A stretch of DNA of 64,000 bases, taken from positions 1 through 64,000 of the forward strand of contig CAWCIZ010000002.1 of assembly GCA_963795855.1 (NCBI GenBank), read 5' to 3'. The notes under the pieces are model-generated. The model saw nothing but the letters and a program-made list of their open reading frames with translations. It did not search any database and had not been told where the DNA came from. Made by a program: the position numbers and the translations under genes. The stretch comes from Vulcanimicrobiota bacterium. Its GTDB lineage: Bacteria; Vulcanimicrobiota; Vulcanimicrobiia; Vulcanimicrobiales; Vulcanimicrobiaceae. Of the stretch, positions 1 to 10,293 are shown piece after piece. How positions within the stretch are numbered: position 1 is the stretch's first letter; the number at the start of each line of letters is the position of its first letter.

Positions 1-47
1 CGGAACGGGGTGTTCCCAGCTAATGGAAGATCCAGCCGAGCCCGCGC

Positions 48-831
48 TCAGCGCATGTCGACTGAAAGCATCGAAACCGAGCCGCCGTCGATCCCTTCGA
101 CGGGAAACGTCACGCGATCGCCGGGCCGGCGCAGCCCCAAAACGTAGACGAGCGGCAAGTAATGATCCGGCGTCGGCGCCGAGAGCAGCGCGTCGCCGCC
201 GAGGGATTCGTAGTCCACCAAAGGCGCGTCTTCATGGCGCAGGCAGCAAATCGCGAACTTGCGCTTCGAAACGGAGCGCCCAGTCGAACGGCTCGGCGGG
301 ATGCCGTCCCCAAGCGTACGCATGCAAATTGTGCACGACGTTGCCGCTGCCGATTACGAGCACTCCTTCATCGCGCAGCCCGGCAAGACGTCTGCCGAGC
401 TCGTAATGAAAGTGCGGCGGCTGCGTTTCGTCGATGCTTAGTTGAACGACCGGAACGTCGGCGTCGGGAAAGACGTGCGCGAGCACGGACCACGTTCCGT
501 GATCCAATCCCCAAGCGTCGTCGAGCGATACGTGCAGCGGCCGCAGTAAATCCGCGATGCGGCGCGCCAACGCCGGATCGCCGGGCGCCGGATACTGCAT
601 CTCGAACAATTCGCGCGGAAAACCGCCGAAGTCGTGGATCGTGCGCGGGCGTTCCATCGCCGTTACCGCAGTTCGTTCGACGTACCAGTGCGCGGAAATC
701 GCGAGCACGGCTTTCGGTTTCGGAAGCCCGCGGCCGATGGCTCGCCATTTCTTTCCGTACACGTTCTCGCCGATCGCATTCATCGGATTTCCGTGTCCGA
801 AAAAGATCGCAGGCATCGTTGCCTCGGCCAT
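48..831 (-). CDS. ygiD: 4,5-DOPA/LigB-type extradiol dioxygenase (YgiD family), frameshifted near 245
   Basis: MPAIFFGHGNPMNA, SAHW, TIHDFGGFP, WGLDHGTW, GSGNVVHNL in ORF 232..831; C-terminal PTPDHYLPL...SMLS lies in ORF 48..323 (another frame). Confidence 0.88.
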
Positions 832-842
832 GAACGCCTCCT

Positions 843-1391
843 CTACTTTTGCAGCACCGCCTCGACGTTGAGTTCGATGCGAACCTCGTCACTCACCGCA
901 ACGCCGCCGGTTTCCAGCGCCGCGTTCCAGGTCAAGCCGAACTCCTTGCGTTTGATGCTCGTGTGAGCGCTGTACCCGATGCGCTGTCCGCCCCACGGAT
1001 CGCCGCCGCGCCCTTCGAACGTTCCGTTCAAAACGACCTGCCGCGACACGCCGTGAATCGTGAGGTTCCCATACACCTTGAAGTCTTCGGGCGATCCCTC
1101 GATGCGCACGCTCTCAAAGGTCAGCGCCGGGAATTTTTCGACGTCGAAGAAGTCGGCGGATCGCAAGTGCGCATCGCGCTGTTCTTCGCGGGTGTCGACG
1201 GACGCAGCGTCGATGGTCGCCCGGAGAGCGACCGGCACATCGCTGCCCTGCAGGACCTCGACCTGTCCCTCGAACGACGTGAAGCGCCCTCGAACTTTGG
1301 AAATCATGAGGTGGCGTACGACGAATTCTACGGCGGAATGGCTCTTGTCGAGGCCGTAGAGCAGACGTTCTTGAGTTTCTGTAGTAGTCAT
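843..1391 (-). CDS. YceI family polyisoprenoid-binding protein
   Basis: DKSHSAVEFVVRHLMISKVRGRF, RDAHLRSADFFD, GNLTIHG, FGLTWNAALETGG. Confidence 0.93.
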   Translation of the reverse strand: MTTTETQERLLYGLDKSHSAVEFVVRHLMISKVRGRFTSFEGQVEVLQGSDVPVALRATIDAASVDTREEQRDAHLRSADFFDVEKFPALTFESVRIEGSPEDFKVYGNLTIHGVSRQVVLNGTFEGRGGDPWGGQRIGYSAHTSIKRKEFGLTWNAALETGGVAVSDEVRIELNVEAVLQK

Positions 1392-1459
1392 GGTACAGTA
1401 ACTTTTACATACTGACTTACTCTTTACAAGTACGCACCCGAAAGTAGCCGAGTTACCTG

Positions 1460-1846
1460 ATGGATACCACCCTGCTCCCCCTTCCGACCAGCGCCGAGGT
1501 CTACCGCGGCGACTGTCCCACGCGAGCGATTCTCGACCGCATCGCCGACAAGTGGACGACCCTCATCATCGGCATTTTGGCGCAGAGCCGCAGCCGGCGG
1601 TTCAACGAACTGCGGCGCCTCATCGGCGGCATCTCGCAAAAAATGCTCACGCAAACGCTCCGCGATTTGGAACGCGACGGTTTGGTAAAGCGCACGATCT
1701 TCGCGGAAATTCCTCCGCGCGTGGAATACGAACTCACCACGCTGGGAAAGACGCTGTGCGCGCCGATTTCCGCGCTCACAAAATGGGCGCACGATCACAT
1801 CGACGAGGTCAAGCGCGCTCAAACGGAGTTCGACCGGCGTAAATGA
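1460..1846 (+). CDS. HxlR-family winged-helix transcriptional regulator
   Basis: CP..ILDRIADKW, RFNELRR..GISQKMLTQTLRDLERDGLV.R.....PPRVEYELT; divergent from yceI. Confidence 0.93.
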   Translation: MDTTLLPLPTSAEVYRGDCPTRAILDRIADKWTTLIIGILAQSRSRRFNELRRLIGGISQKMLTQTLRDLERDGLVKRTIFAEIPPRVEYELTTLGKTLCAPISALTKWAHDHIDEVKRAQTEFDRRK

Positions 1847-3389
1847 CCGAAGATACCCACGTCGAGCAGGGGCTGCGCCTCGCCATCGTGGTTGCCGGCG
1901 TCAGCATCGCCGCCGTCATGCAGTTTTTGGATTCGACGATCGTCAACGTCGCGCTGCCGATTATCGGCGGCAACCTCGGAGCGACGTTCGACGAAATCGG
2001 TTGGGTCGTCACCGCGTATTCGCTGGCCGCCATTGCCGTCATTCCGCTTACCGGCTGGCTCGCGCTGCGCTTCGGCCGCAAACGCTACTTCATCTTCTCC
2101 ATCGTGGGATTCACGCTTGCGAGCGCGCTTTGCGGCGTGGCTTCAACGTTTCCGGAGTCTGATCTGCGCGCGCGTGGTGCAAGGACTTTTCGGAGGCGGT
2201 CTCGTGGCGACTTCGCAAGCAATTCTGGTTTCGTCGTTCCCTCGTGCGCGGCAAGCGGTAGCGCAGGGCATCTTCGCGCTGATTGCGGTGCTCGGACCCG
2301 GCCTGGGTCCAACCCTTGGCGGGTGGCTCACCGATCAGTACAGACTGGCCGCTGATCTTCTTCATCAATCTTCCGCTGGGGATTTTCTGCATCGCCGCGC
2401 TCGGCACGACGCTGCGCGAATGGCCGTCGGAACGCAAACCCATTGACGTCTTGGGCATTTTCTTGCTCGTGAGCGGTCTCGCGTGCCTGCAGTACTTTTT
2501 GGAGCGCGGCGAGATCAAACAGTGGTTCGACGACCCGGGAATTCGGATTGCTGCCGCATGGGCGCTGATTGGACTCGTTTGGTTCGTCACGCACGCGCTG
2601 CGCACGCAGCATCCCGTCCTCGAATTGCGAACGCTTCGCCACCGCAACCTCGCGCTCGCAGCGCTCGCGACGTTCGCGCTCGGTGCGAATCTCTTCGGAT
2701 CGCTGCTGATACTTCCGCTATACCTGCAAAACGCTCTGGGCTTTACCGCGCTCGGCGCCGGGATGCTGCTGGCGCTGCGCGCGCTGCCGACCGCCGCACT
2801 TGCGCCGCTGAGCACGATCCTGCTGCAGCGAGGCCTCGTGGCGCCGCGCGTCGCTGCCGCGTTCGGGTTCCTCGTCCTAGCAGCCGGAACTTACGGAATC
2901 GCGCAGTCCGTTACGCCGCTGAGCGATTCCCATGCGTTCGTTCCCGCGATGATCTGCATCGGCGTCGCGTTCGCGTTTCTCTGGACGCCGCTGGGCATCA
3001 TTTCGCTGCGCGGTCTGCCCGCTCGCGAACTGGGATACGGTGCCGCGATCTTCAATTTGAGCGCGCAAGTCGGCGGCGCTGTAAGCATCGCAATCGTCAC
3101 CGCGATGCAAGACCGGCGCGACGCGTTTTGGACGAACCGTTTGTCTTCCGGGGTGACGTACCGCAACGTCGCGTTTCAGCAACTGCTGCAGCATGCGAAG
3201 ATGCACGATTTGCTCGTGCGTCTGCAAGCCGGCGTGGCGCAACAGGCGGGCGTGCTGACCTATCGCGATTTGCTGCTGATGCTCGTCGTGCCGGCGATCG
3301 TCGCAATACCGATAATCCTGATGACCCGCGGAACGACGGTTTCCGCCGCGAAGCCCGTTAAATTGGAAGACCGCCCACGGACTGCCTAA
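1843..3389 (+). CDS. DHA2 (EmrB/QacA) MFS efflux permease, two frameshifts (about 2155 and 2340)
   Basis: LDSTIVNVALP, WVVTAY, RFGRKR; RVVQGLFGG, GPTLGGWLTD; WPLIFFINLPLG distributed over three ORFs. Confidence 0.85.
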
Positions 3390-3689
3390 CCGGGCTGTCC
3401 ACCACAATCGCGCGGCAGCGTTCATTCGCAACGACCGAATGCGTCGTCCCGGGAGAAATGACCACCGCTTGACCGGCGCTAACGCGTCTGCGTTCCCCGT
3501 CGAGCGTTAATTCGATCGCGCCGGCGATTACGTGCCAAACTTCTTCGTTCTCGTGCGCGTGCGACTGCACTCCGCGCCGGCATCGATGACGTAATACGCA
3601 AACGTCATCCGGTTCGAGTGAAAGAATCGGCCATGCCAGCCCGGTTTGGGAACGACTTCCGGCAGACTGTCCGGGTCTACGAACGCCAT
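3358..3689 (-). CDS. Cupin-2 domain protein, frameshifted near 3570
   Basis: MAFVDPDSLPEVVPKPGWHGRFFHS joins HAHENEEVWHV..G...PGTTH (cupin His motifs) in another frame. Confidence 0.75.
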
Positions 3690-3693
3690 GTCC

Positions 3694-3739
3694 GCACTAT
3701 AGCATACTTGAAACACTCGTTTCAAGTATGTTACAGTGC
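3694..3739. promoter_or_regulatory. Long palindromic operator between divergent cupin and TetR genes
   Basis: GCACTATAGCATACTTGAAAC-actc-GTTTCAAGTATGTTACAGTGC; perfect 12-bp core arms 3703-3714 and 3719-3730. Confidence 0.75.
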
Positions 3740-3743
3740 GCCT

Positions 3744-4338
3744 ATGTCTCGTACGCCCGACGAGAAACGGCGCGTGGAGTTGCTCGAACGCGTCGTCGAC
3801 TACGTCTACGAAAACGGCGTCTCGCAGACTCTCGCTGCGGCCGCTTGCGGAAGCTGTCGGATGCAGCCCTCGCCTTCTGCTGTATTTCTTTTCCTCGAAG
3901 GAAGATTTGGTTGTGGAAGTTCTGGCCGCCGCAGGCGCGCGGCAACGCTCGCTCGTCGAGCGGCTGCGTATCGAACACATGGCGACGCCGGCGCAGGTTT
4001 GCCGCGAAATTTGGAACGCACTCGCGGATCCGAAGTCCGAACCGGTGTTCCGGCTATTCTTCGAAGTTTACGGTATGGCGCTGCAAGACCGCAGGCGCTA
4101 CGCGGCATTTCTGAAGCGCGTGGTCGCCGATTGGCTGACCCTCATTGCACGGCCGCTCATCGCGGCCGGGTGGAAGCCGGCGCAGGCGCAAGCGTACGCC
4201 ACCGTCATCCTCGCGGGTTTCCGCGGCTATCTTCTGGATTTGTGCGCAACGCGCGATCGCCGGCGCGTGGATCGCGCGGTCGAGATGTGGCTGCACATGC
4301 TCGATGCCGCTGCGCCGCCGAAGGAGATCGCGTCGTGA
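3744..4338 (+). CDS. TetR/AcrR family regulator, frameshifted near 3825
   Basis: MSRTPDEKRRVELLERVVDYVYENG then LSLRPLAEAVGCSPRLLLYFFSSKEDL (TetR HTH) in another frame. Confidence 0.88.
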
Positions 4339-5594
4339 ACGAACGCCGCGCCGCACTCGCGTTCATCTTGATCACCGTATCGTTCGACATGCTGGCTTTT
4401 GGCATTTTGGCGCCGGTTCTCCCCAAACTGGTTCTCACGTTCTTGGGCGGCCATATGGCGGACGCCGCGAAGTGGTTCGGCGTCTTCGGCACCGCGTTCG
4501 CGCTGATGCAACTCGGGTTCTCGCCGGTCCTCGGCATGCTCTCCGACCGCTTCGGAAGGCGCCCGGTCATCATTCTTTCGAACGTCGGAACCGGGGTCGA
4601 CTACATCATCATGGCTCTCGCGCCGACGATTTGGTGGCTGTTCCTCGGCCGCGTAATCGCCGGGATGACGACGTCCAGCATTACGACGGCATACGCGTAC
4701 ATCACCGACGTGACGACGCCCGAGAAACGCGCGGCAGCAATGGGAATGGTCGGCGCGGCGTTCGGCGTCGGTTTCATCGTAGGCCCCGCCATAGGCGGCG
4801 TGCTCGGCAACGTCGATCCGCGCTTGCCGTTCTGGGTGTGCGCCGCTATGAGCGCAGCGAATGCGCTCTACGGCTTCTTCGTTCTGCCGGAATCATTGCA
4901 CGCGGAAAACCGTCAAGCGCAGTTCGCCTGGAAGCGCGCCAATCCGTTCGGCGCGCTCACACTGCTGCGGTCGCATCCGGAACTTTCCAAACTGGCCGTC
5001 ATCAACTTCATCGAATACGTCGCGCATGAAGTGCTGCCGATCGTGTTCACGCTGTACGTCATGTACCGTTACAAGTGGAATCTTGCGCAGGTGGGCTGGT
5101 CGCTCGCCGTGGTCGGACTCAGTATCGCCGTCGTTCAGAGCATCGTCATGCAGCCGGTGGTCAAGCGGCTCGGCGAACGGCGAGCGCTCGTGACGGGTCT
5201 TCTCTTCGGAACCGGGTCGTTCGCGTTGACCGGACTCGCGCCCAACGGGGTCGTCGTGCTGATTGCGATTGCGCTCATGGCATTATGGGGTTTGGCCGGA
5301 CCGCCCGCGCAATCGCTGATGACGCACCGCGTTTCCGTCAGGGAGCAAGGCGAGCTGCAAGGCGCGCTCGGCAGCATGCGCAGCATTGCGATGCTCATCG
5401 GACCGGGGTTGTTCTCGGCGGTGTTCGCGTATTCGATCGACGCAAGAGTGCACGCCTGGCAAGTGCCGGGAGCAGCCTGGTTCCTGGCGTCGCTGCTGCT
5501 CGCCGTCACGGCGGCGCTTGCGATGAACCTCGGCACGTCCGGGGAATCAGCAGCACATGGAACCGTCGGACACTCCGCTGCTCGAGCCGATTGA
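4335..5594 (+). CDS. TCR/TetA-like MFS transporter
   Basis: GTG start with AAGGAG RBS overlapping tetR stop; motif A GMLSDRFGRRPV, GFIVGPAIGG, EQGELQG. Confidence 0.92.
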   Translation: MNERRAALAFILITVSFDMLAFGILAPVLPKLVLTFLGGHMADAAKWFGVFGTAFALMQLGFSPVLGMLSDRFGRRPVIILSNVGTGVDYIIMALAPTIWWLFLGRVIAGMTTSSITTAYAYITDVTTPEKRAAAMGMVGAAFGVGFIVGPAIGGVLGNVDPRLPFWVCAAMSAANALYGFFVLPESLHAENRQAQFAWKRANPFGALTLLRSHPELSKLAVINFIEYVAHEVLPIVFTLYVMYRYKWNLAQVGWSLAVVGLSIAVVQSIVMQPVVKRLGERRALVTGLLFGTGSFALTGLAPNGVVVLIAIALMALWGLAGPPAQSLMTHRVSVREQGELQGALGSMRSIAMLIGPGLFSAVFAYSIDARVHAWQVPGAAWFLASLLLAVTAALAMNLGTSGESAAHGTVGHSAARAD

Positions 5595-5787
5595 ATACGA
5601 AGAGCGTCTGGAACAGGCTCGCACGATCGACGATCCGCTGCGCAGGCACAACGCCGCGGTCGAATTGCTTCGACGTGCGCATCGGGACAAAGCCGCGACA
5701 AGCGATCCGCAATACGACGCCCCCATCCGAAAGCTGCAATCATTCGAACGCGAAAGCGGAGATCGTCTCGCCCGCATGCGTGAGTAG
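5557..5787 (+). CDS. Small hypothetical helical protein
   Basis: 76-aa ORF with protein-like composition; no family recognised. Confidence 0.5.
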   Translation: MEPSDTPLLEPIEYEERLEQARTIDDPLRRHNAAVELLRRAHRDKAATSDPQYDAPIRKLQSFERESGDRLARMRE

Positions 5788-5875
5788 CGAGGGAGCGCGT
5801 TTAGGCCCCTGAACGGCTGCGGTATACAGTAGGCGTAAGTAACGCAAGAGGGTAGTCCAATGGCGTAGACTTAGC

Positions 5876-5908
5876 GGCCGTGGTTTTCGCAACCACGGCC
5901 TTCTCTTT
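5876..5908 (+). terminator. Intrinsic terminator-like hairpin
   Basis: GGCCGTGGTT-ttcgc-AACCACGGCC followed by TTCTCTTT. Confidence 0.65.
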
Positions 5909-5948
5909 GCGTTGAGGACGAGCGCGCGGTTCTGGGTATGCTGCGCGG

Positions 5949-6873
5949 GTGCCCGACATATATGAAGCACTGATCGTCGGCGGCGGCGCAGCCGGGTTGA
6001 GCGCCGCGCTCATTTTGGGTCGTTCGTGCCGCGCGACGCTGGTTCTGGACGACGGACGTCCCCGCAATGCCGCCGCCGATCGGATGCACGGCTTCATCAC
6101 GCGCGACGGAACGCCGCCGCTGGAGTTTCTTGCAACCGCGCGTCAAGAGACTGCAACGCTATGGAGACGTGGAGTTCGTCGAGGCGCACGTTGAAGCGGC
6201 GTCCGGCGCATGCGGCGGGTTCGAGCTTCGTACGAAAAGCGGATCGACGTATCGCGGACGCCGGCTACTTCTTGCGACGGGCGTGTACGATGCCTTGCCC
6301 GCGATAGACGGATTGCGCGAAGCATGGGGACGCAGCGCGTTCGTATGCCCGTATTGCGACGGCTGGGAGATGCGCGGGCGCCGCATCGCGGTAGTCGGCC
6401 AGGGCGACAAGGCCGTGGAACTTGCGCAAGAGCTGTACCAGTGGTCGAAGGACGTGATCGCGTGCACGCAAAACGCGCAGCGGCTCGATCCGGAAATGTC
6501 CCGGTGGCTCGAAGCGGCGGGCGTCGCGCGCATCGATCGCGCCGTGCGCCGCATTCGCGAGCGCGATGGACAGATCGAAGGCATCGTTTTTGAGGGCGAT
6601 CGGTACGAAGCGTGCGATGCGCTGTTCTTGAGCGCCCCGCTTCGGCCGCGTTATCCGCTCGTCGACATGCTCGGGTGCCGCGTGCGCGAGGACGGACAAA
6701 TCGAAATCGACGAGCGAGGCCGCACGACGGTAACGGGCGTGTATGCTGCCGGCGACGCCGTGACGGTCGTGCATCAAGTGGTGCTGGCGGCGGCAAGCGG
6801 CGTCTGTGCGGCAATGGCGCTTAACGAGGACTTGCTGCGTGCCGACGTGAGCAGTCTTACCCGGCGGGTATAG
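5949..6873 (+). CDS. Thioredoxin-reductase-like NAD(P)/FAD oxidoreductase, frameshifted near 6150
   Basis: IVGGGAAGLSAA, LLLATG, CPYCDG, TTVTGVYAAGD. Confidence 0.88.
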
Positions 6874-6880
6874 GTTGCGC

Positions 6881-7084
6881 ATGAACGACTCGAGCATCAA
6901 AGCCAGACTGAAAGCGGCCGCCGAGCGCGCTAAACTTCCAGGCGAGCATGCGACGTCGCACATCATCGAACGCAGCGGTGGAACTGCGACGGTCGGCGTA
7001 ATCTTCAAGAAAGGCCATAAATCGGTCGAAGACGTCATGCACCACGGCTCGTGGTTCACGGACGCGGAGCGAGAAAGCTGCTGA
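6881..7084 (+). CDS. Small hypothetical protein
   Basis: 67-aa ORF directly following the reductase. Confidence 0.5.
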   Translation: MNDSSIKARLKAAAERAKLPGEHATSHIIERSGGTATVGVIFKKGHKSVEDVMHHGSWFTDAERESC

Positions 7085-7191
7085 ACGATACCTTGAAGAG
7101 TTTGGAATTACGCAGCAAACGATCTTCGAGCCGCTAATCCGGTGAGCCGCCGACGCTGTTTAGTCCTACCGGCGCCGGGTACCTCGAACCC

Positions 7192-7788
7192 ATGGCAACA
7201 ACGAATCGGTTAGAAGGCATGCGCGTGGCGATTCTCGCCGCCGACATGTTCGAACAAGTCGAAATGACGGAACCGCGCAAAGCATTGCAGCAAGCCGGCG
7301 CGGAAACGACGCTGGTTTCGCCCAAGAGCGGCGAGCTGCAGGGCGCCAATCACCACGACAAGGGGGATCGCTTCCCCGTCGACGTCACGCTGGACCAAGC
7401 CAATCCCGACGAATTCGATGCGCTGATGCTTCCCGGCGGCGTCGCGAATCCCGACCAACTGCGCATGAACAAAAAAGCGGTTCAGTTCGTGCGCGCGTTT
7501 TTCGACGCCGGCAAGCCGGTTGCCGCAATCTGCCATGCGCCGTGGACGCTGGTCGAAGCCGACGTCCTGCGCGGCAGGCGCATCACATCCTGGCCTTCGC
7601 TGCAAACCGACGTGCGGAACGCGGGCGGCGAGTGGGTGGACGAGGTCAACGTCATTGATCGGAATTTGACGACCAGCCGCAAACCGGACGACCTGCCGAA
7701 TTTTAACGAGGCCATGCTGCACTTGTTCGAAGAGTCGCGCACGCGCGGCGATCTGCGGCAGGCGCACCGCGTAGGATCTCCAGGCTAG
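7192..7788 (+). CDS. PfpI/DJ-1 (YhbO-like) type 1 glutamine amidotransferase-like protein
   Basis: FEQVE, LPGGVANPDQLR, AAICHAPW, TSRKPDDL. Confidence 0.93.
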   Translation: MATTNRLEGMRVAILAADMFEQVEMTEPRKALQQAGAETTLVSPKSGELQGANHHDKGDRFPVDVTLDQANPDEFDALMLPGGVANPDQLRMNKKAVQFVRAFFDAGKPVAAICHAPWTLVEADVLRGRRITSWPSLQTDVRNAGGEWVDEVNVIDRNLTTSRKPDDLPNFNEAMLHLFEESRTRGDLRQAHRVGSPG

Positions 7789-7809
7789 CACACCTCCACG
7801 AGACGAAGA

Positions 7810-7840
7810 GGGGGACTCGCACTGACCCGGCGAGTCCCCC
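7810..7840 (-). terminator. Hairpin between convergent pfpI and pilQ (probable pilus-operon terminator)
   Basis: GGGGGACTCGC-9nt-GCGAGTCCCCC; pyrimidine-rich tail on minus strand. Confidence 0.6.
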
Positions 7841-7857
7841 GAGGCGCCCGCACAGAC

Positions 7858-9240
7858 TCATTTCGACGGCGGCGCGGCGTTCGGGTAGATCACGTGGGGA
7901 GTAATGAGGAAGACGACCTCATCTCGAGTTCGCGTTCTTTGACGATTGCGGAACACCTTACCAAGAATTGGAATGTCGGCGAGAAACGGCACCTCCGTCA
8001 CGGTTTGCGAATCCACGTCGCGCAACAGGCCGCCCAAGACGATCGTTTGGTTATCCTTGACGCGAAGCGTACTATCGACTTTGCGATTTGCGATGACGGG
8101 ATATCCGCCGACGAAGCCCTGAATGGCGCTGTATTCGGGATGCATTTCCGCCGTAACGCTTCCGTCGGGACCGATGGTCGGAGTGAGCCGCAGTTTCACG
8201 CCGACGTCGACGAATTGCACTTGCTGTCCGCCTAGTCGAGCGTCGTAATACACGACCGGATAAGTTTGACCGATCAGCAGGTCTGCTTCTTTGTTATTCA
8301 GCGTCACCAGTTTCGGCGTCGCAAGTATCTGCGCGTGCCCTTTGCTCACCAAAGCGTCGAGGCGCGCGTTTATCGCGAGCGAGTTGCGTGCGAAAGCGTA
8401 CGTCGCTGCGCCGCTGATCGGCTGACCGGACAAGTCGTAGCCGCCGAACGAGAGTCCTACGTCACTTTGCTCGTTGATCGGCTCCAAATCGGCAACGCGC
8501 ACTTCAAATAGCACTTGAGGGCTTGGCACGTCCATGCTCCGCAAAAATCCGGCGGCGGTCTGCTGCACCTCTTCATTGCCGCTGACCACGATGGCGTTCT
8601 GTGCGTCGTCCGCGACGTACGAACCGTCGGGAAGAACGCCCTTGAGCGCTGCTGCGGTTTCGGACGGCTTGAGGAATCGCAACTGATAGACGTGCGCCAA
8701 ATTCGAGGAGTTTGCCGAGTACGCCGGCGTATCGAGCGCCGCAACGAGTTGCTTGGCTCGAGTGACGGTTTCCGCGTCGCCGGTAACGATGACGCTTGCC
8801 GTTCGCCTGTCCGGAACGATGACCGTGCCGTCGGGAAGGCCGGCGGCGATCTCTTTCGCGACGTCTTGCGCGTTTGCATGAGATAGCGCGAGCACCGCAG
8901 TTTTGGCGCCGCGCGGGTCCGCTGCATTTCCGTAGCGCCGGTTCATCGACTCGCTGGTTCCGACGATCAGAATACCGCTCTGACGACGAACCTGGAGGCC
9001 GTGTGATTGCAAGATCGCGCCCAACGCATCCTCGAACGTCACGCCCCGCAGATGCAGCGTTACTTTTTCAGGCCGTATCGACGAATCCGCGACGATGTTC
9101 GTTCCCGATTCGGCCGCCAGCAACGCGATGACGTCGGCAAGCTGCGCGTCATGAACGTCGATCGTTATTCGCGCCGTTTGCGCGGGAGTTCGAATCGTAG
9201 CCGCAAGAACGAGCAAAACGACTGCGATGAAGCGCTTCAT
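7858..9240 (-). CDS. pilQ: Type IV pilus secretin (PilQ/GspD family)
   Basis: Signal peptide MKRFIAVVLL; STN/N domains; LATPKLVTLNNKEA, VGVKLRLTP, VPFLADIPILGKVFR, FLITPHV. Confidence 0.9.
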   Translation of the reverse strand: MKRFIAVVLLVLAATIRTPAQTARITIDVHDAQLADVIALLAAESGTNIVADSSIRPEKVTLHLRGVTFEDALGAILQSHGLQVRRQSGILIVGTSESMNRRYGNAADPRGAKTAVLALSHANAQDVAKEIAAGLPDGTVIVPDRRTASVIVTGDAETVTRAKQLVAALDTPAYSANSSNLAHVYQLRFLKPSETAAALKGVLPDGSYVADDAQNAIVVSGNEEVQQTAAGFLRSMDVPSPQVLFEVRVADLEPINEQSDVGLSFGGYDLSGQPISGAATYAFARNSLAINARLDALVSKGHAQILATPKLVTLNNKEADLLIGQTYPVVYYDARLGGQQVQFVDVGVKLRLTPTIGPDGSVTAEMHPEYSAIQGFVGGYPVIANRKVDSTLRVKDNQTIVLGGLLRDVDSQTVTEVPFLADIPILGKVFRNRQRTRTRDEVVFLITPHVIYPNAAPPSK

Positions 9241-9704
9241 CGCATGTTCTCCGCCAAGGGCAAAATGGCGCCGGTTGCAAGATGCACGCCCGCAGCGTCG
9301 ATGGAACGAACGACGGAGCCCGCGAGCGCGTCGCCCGGCTGCACGATACGCACACGCATTCCGTCGTCGACCAGAGCGCGCGCCGAGGGTCCCAAAACAA
9401 CCGCGGTAACGAGCGGACCGGCAGCAGGCATTGGTTGCCCCTGAACCGCGCGGGTACCGGCAGCCGCAGCGTTCCCTTGACGCGGTTCTTCTGCTTCGAA
9501 CGGATCGCGCTTGACGTAAATCGCCCTTTCGCGCGGAGTTTCCACGATCGGCGATGCGGTCGCCGGCGCGGCAACGGACGGACGTTCGCCGAAAAATTCC
9601 GACGAAGATTGTCCGGCGAGCGGCATCAAGCAGCTCGGAACGGCGCAGAGAATCGCCGCGCACGTCAATAAACCTTTGCGCCGAGAATCACTGAGCGGAA
9701 GCAA
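9237..9704 (-). CDS. PilP-like pilus assembly protein (start approximate)
   Basis: Position between pilO and pilQ; RDPF motif, ALVDDG...VQPGD. Confidence 0.55.
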   Translation of the reverse strand: MLPLSDSRRKGLLTCAAILCAVPSCLMPLAGQSSSEFFGERPSVAAPATASPIVETPRERAIYVKRDPFEAEEPRQGNAAAAGTRAVQGQPMPAAGPLVTAVVLGPSARALVDDGMRVRIVQPGDALAGSVVRSIDAAGVHLATGAILPLAENMR

Positions 9705-10293
9705 TTCGAACCCCCAAACCCTTCTGTGCTCGCAAACGATACAGAACCGCGTGAACGGTCGCATCCAAACGCGGTGGACCGTTTTCCAGGTGTTCCGAGG
9801 AAAGCGCCAACTCGGTGTCCGTAACGCTTATCAGCGTGTCGTGACGCGAGAGATCGGCGATAAAGGCCAGGATGTTCCGGAACCGGCCGTCGAGTCGAAT
9901 AGTCACCGGCATCGATTCTAGCGCGCCCGCATCCTCATTCGCTTCCGCGAATTCCGGCTGAATTTGCACGACCTGCGTACGAAAGGACCGGCTCGATTTC
10001 TCCAGCAGTGCAATGAGATTGGCGGTGCTCGACGCCGCGGAGCCGGTGAGCGAAAGTTTCGCGAGATCTCGCTGCGCGCGATTCTCGAGCACGTGAAGGT
10101 TTCCGGAACGGTCCAAGATCCCGCGGTTCACATCGATCCGGCGGGACAGCGCTTCCGAGCGGCCGTACGAAACGGCGATCGCGTTTTCGTACCGGCTTCG
10201 AACGATCGCGCTTCCGCACAAAAGCACAAGAGCCGCGAGGATCCATACGGCACGGACGTCATCGCCGGCTCGCCGGAAGGAGCGAATGCTCAT
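9688..10293 (-). CDS. pilO: PilO-like pilus alignment protein
   Basis: N-terminal TM, coiled coil, PVTIRLDGRFRNILAFIADL. Confidence 0.75.
   Translation of the reverse strand: MSIRSFRRAGDDVRAVWILAALVLLCGSAIVRSRYENAIAVSYGRSEALSRRIDVNRGILDRSGNLHVLENRAQRDLAKLSLTGSAASSTANLIALLEKSSRSFRTQVVQIQPEFAEANEDAGALESMPVTIRLDGRFRNILAFIADLSRHDTLISVTDTELALSSEHLENGPPRLDATVHAVLYRLRAQKGLGVRIASAQ

Noticed and set aside
3618..5594. 658-aa TetR-MFS fusion
   Set aside because: Artifact of the tetR frameshift; the MFS has its own RBS and GTG at 4335
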